NCBI GenBank assembly: GCA_021163505.1
Contig: JAGGVE010000034.1
Location: 11,726-75,725, forward strand
Direction of reading: 5' to 3'
Source: Candidatus Iainarchaeum sp.
GTDB taxonomy: Archaea; Iainarchaeota; Iainarchaeia; Iainarchaeales; DTGL01
DNA: 64,000 bases
Part shown: positions 47,478 through 55,359 of the stretch, one piece after another
Layout of the letters: each line of letters opens with the position of its first letter
Position numbering within the stretch: the stretch's first letter is position 1
Notes under the pieces: model-generated
What the model was told of the DNA's origin: nothing
Database searches by the model: none
What the model saw: only the letters and a program-made list of their open reading frames with translations
Position numbers and translations under genes: made by a program

Positions 47478-48446
47478 TTGATTATGTTTGATTTTTACCT
47501 TGGGCTTGGCACAGGCATTGTACTGGGGCTTGCATTGACTTTTATTTTAAATAAACTGCTACCCTGCAGTCTTTTGCATCGTAAGAAAATTAGAATAATG
47601 GAAATTCTCAGACCGCCAAAGATCTTCAGTAGAACAGGTTCAAACGCTGTAGAACTGGTTCAGTTCAAAGGTGCTGATGGGTTAGAACTTTTAATCCCTC
47701 CGCGATTAAATGAAATAAATAAGAAAAAGGAAGAAAGGATAAGCGCTAGCATAGTATTGTTTACAGGTGAAAATTTAACTGGCTATTTTAATCTTTTCAC
47801 AAAACTTCTATTCCTGTTTGAAGACAAACCGATATTTTTGACAATAAAAGAACGCGATCTCACAAAGTTTAAAAGACATCCGAACGTAATGATATCAATA
47901 TTTAAACCGAAAAGCGTACTCGAAAATCAGCTTAGAGTGCTAGAGTATCTTTTTATGAGGAGAATGATACCGGAGCAGGAGTTTAAAAAGAAGGTTTCTG
48001 AGCTGAAAATAAAGATGGCTAACATGCCTGAAGCAGAAGAAGAATATGCTGAATATGAATATTTCTCAACACCGGAAAGCATATTGAAAGATTTGGAAGT
48101 GTTTTCTTCGCTTGTGAAGGAGCATGGGCTTGCAATGTTTACAATGATAGATGAACTAATGCTCAAAAATAGTAACCAAGCGTTAAACTTCTTAGAGCGT
48201 GCCGTTAAAATATGTGCAAAGAATAGAACACCCATCGTTTTTACATTAGAAGAAGGGATCGCCCCCAAAAATTTGGTAAACGAAATCAAATCCTATTGCG
48301 ACCTTATAATAAAAACACATATAAAGGATTTCAAGCGCATTGTCACTATTTACAGCCAAAATAAAATCATGCCTGAGCTTGACTACGAAAAGGTGAAAGG
48401 GGATTATAGAAAATTCCTGCAAGAAATTGGATTTATTGAACAATGA
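47478..48446 (+). CDS. hypothetical protein with N-terminal TM anchor
   Basis: 322 aa. N-terminal hydrophobic segment. No catalytic motif recognised. Confidence 0.35.
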   Translation: MIMFDFYLGLGTGIVLGLALTFILNKLLPCSLLHRKKIRIMEILRPPKIFSRTGSNAVELVQFKGADGLELLIPPRLNEINKKKEERISASIVLFTGENLTGYFNLFTKLLFLFEDKPIFLTIKERDLTKFKRHPNVMISIFKPKSVLENQLRVLEYLFMRRMIPEQEFKKKVSELKIKMANMPEAEEEYAEYEYFSTPESILKDLEVFSSLVKEHGLAMFTMIDELMLKNSNQALNFLERAVKICAKNRTPIVFTLEEGIAPKNLVNEIKSYCDLIIKTHIKDFKRIVTIYSQNKIMPELDYEKVKGDYRKFLQEIGFIEQ

Positions 48447-48478
48447 CTTTTGTATTGACATAATAGCTTCTGATTTTA

Positions 48479-49000
48479 TTGATTTTCCCATATTTTTTAT
48501 TTATGAATATTTTTATTACTGGGAAGCCCGGTTGTGGGAAAAGCACTTTAGTGAGCGAACTTATTGAGCTTGTAGCCAAAAAAGAAATTACTTATTGCGG
48601 CATTTTGACTCCGGAAATAAGAAAGAATGGCTTAAGAATCGGTTTCAAAATAATTGCTTTGCCAAATAAAGAAGAAGAAATTTTAGCAAGCACCGAGCTA
48701 CGCTACCCAAAAATATCCAAGTATGGGGTTAATGTTGAGGGTATTGACAAGATAGTGGATATTGTTAAAAGAAATTTTAACAAAGCAAACATAGTTTTTA
48801 TTGATGAAATTGGAAAAATGGAGATGTTTTCGGAAAAGTTCAAAGAATTTTTATTTGAAGTTTTGGAAAGTGATGAGAAGGTTGTCGCTACTCTAAACCT
48901 CGCATTGCTAAAAGAGTTCAAAGAGTATGGAAAAGTATTCTGGCTTACAAGGGACAATTATGAAGATGTAAAACAATCTTTGCTAAAGATTTTGCTTTAA
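48479..49000 (+). CDS. P-loop nucleoside-triphosphatase (THEP1/MJ1559 family)
   Basis: 'MNIFITGKPGCGKSTLV' Walker A. Walker B 'IVFIDEIGKME'. About 170 aa family size. Real start probably MNIF (about 48503). Confidence 0.7.
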   Translation: MIFPYFLFMNIFITGKPGCGKSTLVSELIELVAKKEITYCGILTPEIRKNGLRIGFKIIALPNKEEEILASTELRYPKISKYGVNVEGIDKIVDIVKRNFNKANIVFIDEIGKMEMFSEKFKEFLFEVLESDEKVVATLNLALLKEFKEYGKVFWLTRDNYEDVKQSLLKILL

Positions 49001-49467
49001 GGAATATTGCAGATTTCTACTTTATGCCTTAGAATCTTCGGATTGTTACCAAAAAGGTCTTTGTACCAAAAGCTCGCTTTCACTCTTTTTCCTGAAAGCA
49101 CCAAAGGAAGCCAGTGTTCATCATCTTCCCACATCATATTGAAAGGGAGCTCACCAATATCAAACCAAAGAGGTTTAATTTCATCGCTCTCTTTTGGAAC
49201 GCCTCGCCACCTTGCCACAACAAAAACCTTAACAAAGAATTCAGGAGACGAGCGATCATAAAACATCAGCTCTGCTGCTTCAAAGTATTTTTCTGGAATG
49301 ATGCCAAGCTCTTCTTCTGCTTCCCTGAGCATTGCCTGCTCAAAGCTTTCATTTGCCTCCAACTTTCCGCCGAAACCGTTCAGCTTTCCCTCGCCAAAAC
49401 CTCTCTTTTTAAACCCTAAAAGTATCTTACTTCCATCCACTAAGTAACCCAACACAGCTTTTATCAC
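48997..49467 (-). CDS. NUDIX hydrolase (MutT-like)
   Basis: Nudix box 'GFGGKLEANESFEQAMLREAEEELGI'. 156 aa. Confidence 0.8.
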   Translation of the reverse strand: MIKAVLGYLVDGSKILLGFKKRGFGEGKLNGFGGKLEANESFEQAMLREAEEELGIIPEKYFEAAELMFYDRSSPEFFVKVFVVARWRGVPKESDEIKPLWFDIGELPFNMMWEDDEHWLPLVLSGKRVKASFWYKDLFGNNPKILRHKVEICNIP

Positions 49468-49479
49468 TTAAAACACCAA

Positions 49480-49561
49480 AGCCGCGGGCGGGATTCGAAC
49501 CCGCAACCTGCTGCTTTCTTGACTATACGAGGCAGCTGCTCTACCATTAAGCTACCGCGGC
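49480..49561 (-). tRNA. tRNA-Thr (anticodon CGT) with a roughly 10-nt intron at canonical position 37/38
   Basis: Hand fold: acceptor GCCGCGG/CCGCGGC, D-arm GCUU/GAGC, anticodon stem GCUGC/GCAGC separated by 17 nt (CUCGUA | UAGUCAAGAA | A), which is a 7-nt loop with U33, anticodon CGU and A37. T-arm GCGGG-UUCGAAU-CCCGC. Discriminator U fits archaeal Thr. Exact intron boundaries uncertain. Confidence 0.6.
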
Positions 49562-49667
49562 GGCATAAGAATTAGTTTTGCGGAACTATTTTAAGCATTT
49601 TACCGAGCTAAAAAGCAACTTTATAAACTCTTTATAATATTTATTACATAGTTAGCGGTGATATATT

Positions 49668-49877
49668 ATGAGAGAAAAAATGCTTGCCGTTCAGAAAGAA
49701 ATGCGCAGAGAGCTTAGGGAAGAAGCGGTAAGGCTCAGGGAAGAATTTGAAAACTATTTAGAGGACCTGATCCTGCTTTCGGATCCTGAATTTTGGGAGG
49801 CCTTAGAAGAGGAGAACACAGGAAAGATAAAAAAATATAGTACTATAGAGGAATTTAAAAAGAAGTCAGGGCTGTAA
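49668..49877 (+). CDS. small charged hypothetical protein
   Basis: 69 aa, R/E-rich helical. Could be spurious. Confidence 0.3.
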   Translation: MREKMLAVQKEMRRELREEAVRLREEFENYLEDLILLSDPEFWEALEEENTGKIKKYSTIEEFKKKSGL

Positions 49878-49980
49878 GATGGCACACGAATTTTTCACAA
49901 CCCCTCATTCGGATAATTTATACTATAAAAGAAGACAAGGTGTGCTTTGTTTATCTTCAGCATAGAAAGAAGGTTTATAG

Positions 49981-50409
49981 ATGAGGCCGATTGCTATGAA
50001 GCTCTGCAGCGCTTGCCTGCTTGGAATAAAGTGTAGGTATGATGGTAAAGACAATTTGAATGAAAGGGTAATTGAATTAGCTAAAAGGGAAAAGTTGATT
50101 CCTGTTTGTCCTGAACAGCTAGGTGGCTTACCTACACCGAGAGAGCCAGCTGAAATTCAAGGCAACAGGGTTGTAACTTACTCTGGAAAGGATGTTACAG
50201 AATATTTTGAAAGGGGCGCGAAGAAGGTTCTAAAAATTGCAAAATTGCTTGGAATTAAAGAAGCTATTTTAAAGCAAAAAAGCCCTTCATGCGGCTCTGG
50301 CAAGATTTACGATGGAACATTTTCCGGTAGAATTATTGAAGGCGACGGAATAACCGCTCGACTCTTGAAGAAGAATGGGATTAGAGTAATATCAGAAGAG
50401 GAATTATAA
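49981..50409 (+). CDS. DUF523-family protein (TudS-like 2-thiouracil desulfidase family)
   Basis: 'LCSACLLGIKCRYDG...IPVCPEQLGGLPTPREPAEI' conserved Cys pattern of DUF523. Confidence 0.65.
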   Translation: MRPIAMKLCSACLLGIKCRYDGKDNLNERVIELAKREKLIPVCPEQLGGLPTPREPAEIQGNRVVTYSGKDVTEYFERGAKKVLKIAKLLGIKEAILKQKSPSCGSGKIYDGTFSGRIIEGDGITARLLKKNGIRVISEEEL

Positions 50410-51897
50410 TTCTGCAAAGCTTAACTTTCCAACTGAAAGCTTCCAAAGGATTTCTGGCAGCTCGGCAATTTTGGCTCTTTTTTGGGCCATTGTGTCGCGC
50501 TCGCGAATTGTAACAGTATCATCTTGCATTGTATCGTAATCTATTGTAATTGCATATGGCACGCCTATCTCATCTACGCGAGCGTAGCGCCTGCCAATAG
50601 AGCCTTTCTTATCGTAAAGGCATGAAAACTTATAGTCTTCAAGAAGATCAAACACTTGCTTGGCTTTTTCTGGCAGACCATTTTTGTTTACCAAAGGAAA
50701 TACTGCAACGAAGTAAGGGGCTAACTGAGGCACTAAAGCTAAATACAATCGCTCATCTTTGCCGCGCTTTTCTTTTCTAATCGCTTGGTCAAGCACAACA
50801 TAGAAAGTTCTATCGATGCCTGCGGAGAGCTCAAACACATGCGGAATAAATGCCTTGCCTTCTTCTTTAGCGCTCAAATCCTTTTTGCTACCTTTAGAAT
50901 GGCCCTTCAAATCATAATCTGTTCTGTAGTTGCATGCTACCAGTTCAATCCAGCCCAAATCGGTTAAAACTTCGAAGTCCCAAGTTTCTTTTGCATAGAA
51001 CGCTCTTTCTTCGCTACTCAACTCGCGGAAGCGAATTTTTTCTAAAGCTATGCCACATTTTTCGTAGAACTGCTGCAAGCGCGCAAGCCAGTATGCAATA
51101 AGCTTTCCTGAAACTACGCGTTGCTTTACTGCCTGCTCGCAGCTTATTTCTTCAATTGCGCCCCTATCTAATCTCTGCAACCTTAGCTTATAGTTTGCTA
51201 TCTCGCTGAAATTTCTTATTTCGTTTATTTTATCTGGATTGAAAAATATTTCTATTTCCATCTGCCCAAGCTCGCGCTCCCTAAGCAGGGTTTGTTTTGG
51301 TGCAATTTCGTTGCGAAAAGATGAGCCAGCCTGCGCAATGCCTAAAGGCAATCCTTCTCTGCTGGCTTTATAAAGGCGCGGGAAATCGAGAAAAATATTT
51401 TGACATGTTTCTGGCCTCAGGAAGCATTCTTGATTCTGTGTAGCGCCAATAAGCACGCGCATCATCATATTGAAAAGTCTTGCTTCGCTTAGTTCGCCTT
51501 TGCACTTTGGGCATCTTATTTTATGCTCTGCTAAAAGTGCATTTAGTTCCTCAATGGATTTAGATTCAGGGATATGCTTAGCGATTTTTTCTTCTACCAG
51601 TTTATCCGCTCTAAAAAGCGCATGGCATTTTTTGCATTGAACTACTGGATCGTTAAATGATCTTAAATGGCCTGAAGCTTCAAACACTTCCTTAGGCAGA
51701 ATAACAGAGCCCTTTATTTCTAACAGGCGCTCTTTTTCCACCAGCTCTTTACGCCAGAAGTTGATTATGTTGTTTCTTATTCTGACACCTATCGGCCCAA
51801 ACTCCCAGAAGCCTGCTGGTTTGCTTGCGTATATCTCTGCGGTAGGAAAAAATAGCTGCCTTCTGAACGCAAGGTTCTGCAATTCATCTCTAGGCAT
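50404..51897 (-). CDS. glyS: glycyl-tRNA synthetase (archaeal/eukaryal alpha2 type)
   Basis: N-terminus 'FRRQLFFPTAEIYASKPAGFWEFGPIGVRIRNNIINFW' resembles 'RRGFxxPSxEIYGGxAGFxDYGPLG'. 'LEASGHLRSFNDPVVQCKKCHALFRAD'. C-terminal anticodon-binding 'VAVFPLVNKNGLPEKAKQVFDLL'. Confidence 0.8.
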   Translation of the reverse strand: MPRDELQNLAFRRQLFFPTAEIYASKPAGFWEFGPIGVRIRNNIINFWRKELVEKERLLEIKGSVILPKEVFEASGHLRSFNDPVVQCKKCHALFRADKLVEEKIAKHIPESKSIEELNALLAEHKIRCPKCKGELSEARLFNMMMRVLIGATQNQECFLRPETCQNIFLDFPRLYKASREGLPLGIAQAGSSFRNEIAPKQTLLRERELGQMEIEIFFNPDKINEIRNFSEIANYKLRLQRLDRGAIEEISCEQAVKQRVVSGKLIAYWLARLQQFYEKCGIALEKIRFRELSSEERAFYAKETWDFEVLTDLGWIELVACNYRTDYDLKGHSKGSKKDLSAKEEGKAFIPHVFELSAGIDRTFYVVLDQAIRKEKRGKDERLYLALVPQLAPYFVAVFPLVNKNGLPEKAKQVFDLLEDYKFSCLYDKKGSIGRRYARVDEIGVPYAITIDYDTMQDDTVTIRERDTMAQKRAKIAELPEILWKLSVGKLSFAEL

Positions 51898-51971
51898 TGC
51901 TCACACCAACCAATACTAAAAATTTGCATAAATAGTGTTTTAAAGGGTTTCTTGGGCTTCTATTTTTAAAG

Positions 51972-52778
51972 GTGCTTTTCATGGTGAACATTGAAAGTTT
52001 GCGTAAAAAAGTTATCGAAAAAACAAAGATGCAGATAAAAGAACGCCTAGCCGGTAAAGAAGTGCATATAATAAAGGCCGTTAATACGCTTGAGGACCTT
52101 GATTTGGTATTCAATATGCTCTTTGAGGATGTTAGGGATTGGTATTCATTGCATTTCCCGGAGCTTTTTAGATTAGTGAAAGAACCGGAAAAGAGCTTAG
52201 CGCTTATTGCGAACCTTACTTTGCGTAAGAAGTTTGTGAAGGAAGAAATAGTCAAGTACTATGCAAATGAAGAAGTAGCAGCAGAACTAGAGAAAAAAGC
52301 TAAGGAAAGCACTGGTGCTGATTTGAACGAAGAGCAAGCAAAGGTTATAATACAGCTTGCAGAAAAAGCTCTTGAGTTGAAGAAATATAGGGATATGTTA
52401 GCTGGTTTTATTGAAAAGGAGATGCAAAGCAAGCTACCCAATCTTACAAAGATTGCAGGCCCGCTTTTAGGAGCTCGCTTATTGCGAGAGGCCAAATCAT
52501 TGCAAAAGCTCGCGTTTATGCCTTCTTCCACAATACAGGTGATTGGAGCGGAAAAGGCATTGTTCAAGCATCTGCGCAAGGGCACTAAGCCACCAAAGCA
52601 TGGAATAATATTCCAGCATCCTTTGCTTAGAAAAGTGAAAAGAGAGAATCGCGGTAAGATGGCCAGAGCATTAGCAAACAAAATAAGCTTAGCAATAAAA
52701 GAAGACTACTTTGGCAAGAAGGATATAAGTGATAAGGTAGTTAGGGAGCTCGAGGAAAAGGCAAGGCTATTGAGTTAG
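51972..52778 (+). CDS. nop5: Nop5/Nop56-family box C/D snoRNP protein, short form (Nop domain only)
   Basis: 'WYSLHFPEL' start of Nop domain. 'GAEKALFKHLRKGTKPPKHGIIFQHPLL...ENRGKMARALANKISLAIKEDYF'. Only about 45 aa precede the Nop domain, so there is no N-terminal fibrillarin-binding domain or long coiled coil. Confidence 0.75.
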   Translation: MLFMVNIESLRKKVIEKTKMQIKERLAGKEVHIIKAVNTLEDLDLVFNMLFEDVRDWYSLHFPELFRLVKEPEKSLALIANLTLRKKFVKEEIVKYYANEEVAAELEKKAKESTGADLNEEQAKVIIQLAEKALELKKYRDMLAGFIEKEMQSKLPNLTKIAGPLLGARLLREAKSLQKLAFMPSSTIQVIGAEKALFKHLRKGTKPPKHGIIFQHPLLRKVKRENRGKMARALANKISLAIKEDYFGKKDISDKVVRELEEKARLLS

Positions 52779-53150
52779 CTTTTTCTCAATATTTTCTAAC
52801 CTTTTTTCGATCTCGTTTAGTTTTTTCAAAATTTCATTCATTGCATCTTCAACTATTTCATGCGGTGGTTTTGGGTGATGCAATGCAGGTATCGGCCTGC
52901 GCTCGCGAAGGAACTTTAAAACTGACCTATCTCTAAGCTGATAAAATACCTTTCCCTCTTCGCTTGAAGAAGAAACAAGGCCTGCATTTTCAAGAATTTT
53001 GAGATGAAAATCTACTGTTTGTGGGGCTCGTTTTAGATGTCCAGCTATTTCGCTCAAGTACTTCTTCCCGGTGGTGATACTATAGTAAGACCACCTGTGC
53101 CGCCATATGCAAGACATTATGGTGGAGAACCATGGAGCGAACCAACCCAT
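52767..53150 (-). CDS. ArsR-like winged-helix regulator with C-terminal coiled coil
   Basis: 'KYLSEIAGHLKRAPQTVDFHLKILENAGLVSSSSEEGKVFYQL'. 127 aa. Confidence 0.5.
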   Translation of the reverse strand: MGWFAPWFSTIMSCIWRHRWSYYSITTGKKYLSEIAGHLKRAPQTVDFHLKILENAGLVSSSSEEGKVFYQLRDRSVLKFLRERRPIPALHHPKPPHEIVEDAMNEILKKLNEIEKRLENIEKKLTQ

Positions 53151-53286
53151 ACAGACATTATGGATACACTAAATGAACTAAGAGAAAGGCTAGAAAGAAT
53201 TGAAGATATTTTAAGGAGACGATGAAGCTAAAAAGTGGGGCCAAGCACACCCAAGTTTTTCTTTTTTTAATTTTGAATGCGCACAA

Positions 53287-53742
53287 CTATCTTCTCTTGT
53301 ATCTCAGTTTTTTAATATCGAATCTAGGAAGGGCTGATTTTAAAATTATCTTATTTCTCGCATAGTCAAAAGTTACAACAAAATTAGAAAGAAAAGGAGT
53401 GCCTAAGATTATATCTTTATGAAGAGGATTCTCCACAGGCACTATAACATCGAAAAGTTCTTTAAATTGGCTATGGCCTTTTCTGATTTCTATGTATATT
53501 TTAGCTGTCTTGAAACGAAACTCTGTTTCTGCACCTTGACAAACATCAACTTTTTTAGAAAGCTCAAGCCCAAAATATTCGGCTATATCTTGTGGAATAT
53601 AAACAACATCAGAACCAGTATCCAGTACGGCAATAAAATCTTTATTTAGCCCTCCATAGCTTAGTGTTGTGGGTATCTTTGGTCTTAATGTCCAATGTGT
53701 TTCATCTATTTTTTCTCTTTTAAATTTAAAAGTAAATTTCAT
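53287..53742 (-). CDS. retropepsin-like (clan AA) aspartic protease, single domain
   Basis: 'AVLDTGSDVVYIP' (DTG active-site loop) and C-terminal 'IILGTPFLSNFVVTFDY' (hydrophobic-G-R/T-D-F-L flap/dimer motif). 151 aa. Confidence 0.6.
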   Translation of the reverse strand: MKFTFKFKREKIDETHWTLRPKIPTTLSYGGLNKDFIAVLDTGSDVVYIPQDIAEYFGLELSKKVDVCQGAETEFRFKTAKIYIEIRKGHSQFKELFDVIVPVENPLHKDIILGTPFLSNFVVTFDYARNKIILKSALPRFDIKKLRYKRR

Positions 53743-53746
53743 GTTC

Positions 53747-53950
53747 TCACAAGACGTGAATTGCCTGATCGGGCACTCTTGCGAATAAGGCCCTTACACC
53801 AGGAAACTTTTTATCAACTTTTTCCGCCACTTCTTTGAACGATTTTCCAAAAGCAATTACGTTATTATTGTAAATAGCCACCCATTTGCCCTGATATTTG
53901 CTCAAATCAGCTTTTGCATAGTATTCGTAGTTGTTCATTTTTCCACCCAT
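53747..53950 (-). CDS. small protein with GKWVA motif (DUF5678-like, frequent partner of archaeal retropepsin-like proteases)
   Basis: 67 aa 'KYQGKWVAIYNNNVIAFGKSFKEVAEKV...'. Four nt upstream of the protease gene. Confidence 0.4.
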   Translation of the reverse strand: MGGKMNNYEYYAKADLSKYQGKWVAIYNNNVIAFGKSFKEVAEKVDKKFPGVRALFARVPDQAIHVL

Positions 53951-53985
53951 TTAATAATTGATGTAACATAACTTATATTTAAATA

Positions 53986-54666
53986 TTGGGGGTTTTAGTT
54001 TTTATGCGTGAAATCTTTCCTGGAATTTATAAGTGGCGCAATAAGCTCTGGACAAAAAACCTTGTGCCTGGTCAGCAGGTTTATGGTGAACGTTTAGCTA
54101 CTTTTAATGACATTGAGTACCGCGAATGGAATCCCTTTCGCTCGAAGCTAGCAGCAGCAATAGTTAAAAAGCTAAAGCATTTGCCTTTAAGAGCTGGCTC
54201 CAGGGTTCTGTATCTTGGTATTGCTGAAGGAACAACTGCTTCACATATAAGCGATATCATTGGCAAAGAAGGCGTAATTTTTGGAGTAGACATAAGCGAG
54301 AAGTGCTTGGCGAAATTATTGCAGATATGCGAAGCGCGTAAAAATATAATTCCTGTGTTAGCAGATGCAAATAAGCCAGAAAGCTATGAAGCTTATGTAA
54401 AAGAGATAAAACCACAAATTCTTTACCAAGATGTTTCGCAGAAGAATCAGGCGGAAATATTCAATAAAAATGCGAGGCTTTTTTTAAAAAAAGGCGCTTA
54501 CGGTTTGCTAGCGTTGAAAGCGCCAAGCATAAGTTCAACTAAAAAACCAAGCAGAGTGTTTAGGAAGGAAGAAAAAAAGCTGTTAGAGGAATTCGAAATA
54601 ATTGAAAAAATTCCTTTGAGCCCGTTTGAAAAAAAGCACAGGTTTTATTTGCTTAGGAAAAGGTGA
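53986..54666 (+). CDS. flpA: fibrillarin-like rRNA/tRNA 2'-O-methyltransferase
   Basis: 'EYREWNPFRSKLAAAI', 'VLYLGIAEGTTASHISDIIG', 'VIFGVDIS', 'NIIPVLADANKPESY'. 226 aa. Confidence 0.9.
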   Translation: MGVLVFMREIFPGIYKWRNKLWTKNLVPGQQVYGERLATFNDIEYREWNPFRSKLAAAIVKKLKHLPLRAGSRVLYLGIAEGTTASHISDIIGKEGVIFGVDISEKCLAKLLQICEARKNIIPVLADANKPESYEAYVKEIKPQILYQDVSQKNQAEIFNKNARLFLKKGAYGLLALKAPSISSTKKPSRVFRKEEKKLLEEFEIIEKIPLSPFEKKHRFYLLRKR

Positions 54667-55246
54667 TCTTTTGGAGCTTGGCAGGAAGTTAGTGCATATA
54701 GTATTTGGGGCACTTATCTTCTTTGTAACGTATTTTTATGGTGCTTACTCACTAGCTGCTCTGTGCTCTGTAGCTTTACTTTTGGGTATTCCATTGGCCT
54801 TACTAATGAAATCCAGGGTTGAATTTCCCGTATTTTCGTTAGCGGTTGAGCTCTTTGGGAGAGAGCGTGAGAAGCTACCAGGCAAAGGGGTTTTCATGTT
54901 TTTTGCAGGCGCTCTTTTAGCAAGCTTAATAGCCATATTTGTAAATAATAACGCAATCGCTTATTTGGCTCTATTGCCTGCGATATTAGGGGATGGATTA
55001 GCAACAATTATGGGAAAACGCTTTGGCAGACATAGAATTGTAAAGCATAAGAGCGTTGAAGGCAGTGCTGCCTTTTTCTTTGCATCTTTTATAGCCCTAT
55101 TTTTAGCTTCTAATAGGTTATATGCAGCATTTATCGTTGCCCTGCTTGCAAGCATTGCAGAGTTATTGCCAATAGACGACAATCTTATTTTGCCACCATT
55201 TTCAGCAGTAATTTTATACATAACCTATTTTTTTAACTTCCTCTAA
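54626..55246 (+). CDS. CTP-transferase (CdsA) superfamily membrane protein, CDP-archaeol-synthase/dolichol-kinase-like
   Basis: 'GKRFGRHRIVKHKSVEGSAAFFFASF' signature of the CDS/CarS family. Five TM. The 5' end overlaps flpA, so the start is probably an internal codon. Confidence 0.5.
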   Translation: MKKSTGFICLGKGDLLELGRKLVHIVFGALIFFVTYFYGAYSLAALCSVALLLGIPLALLMKSRVEFPVFSLAVELFGREREKLPGKGVFMFFAGALLASLIAIFVNNNAIAYLALLPAILGDGLATIMGKRFGRHRIVKHKSVEGSAAFFFASFIALFLASNRLYAAFIVALLASIAELLPIDDNLILPPFSAVILYITYFFNFL

Positions 55247-55359
55247 CTAAAAAGTGAAGAAATTTTGAAAATTATGTATCAAAAAACTAAAGGTTTATAA
55301 ATGGGCTCGCACTTATTTTTTAACACTTCAAAGTTTTTAATTTTCCCGGGGGCTTTGGT

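Noticed and set aside
50404-51897. Prolyl-tRNA synthetase for the 497-aa class II aaRS
   Set aside because: The N-terminal 'F..P..EIY....GF.E.GP.G' and 'ASGH...F.DP.V.C..C...FRAD' blocks are those of alpha2-type GlyRS.
53037-53225. 62-aa ORF overlapping the ArsR-like gene start on the opposite strand
   Set aside because: It is mostly antisense to a supported gene, and only the last about 20 codons are intergenic.
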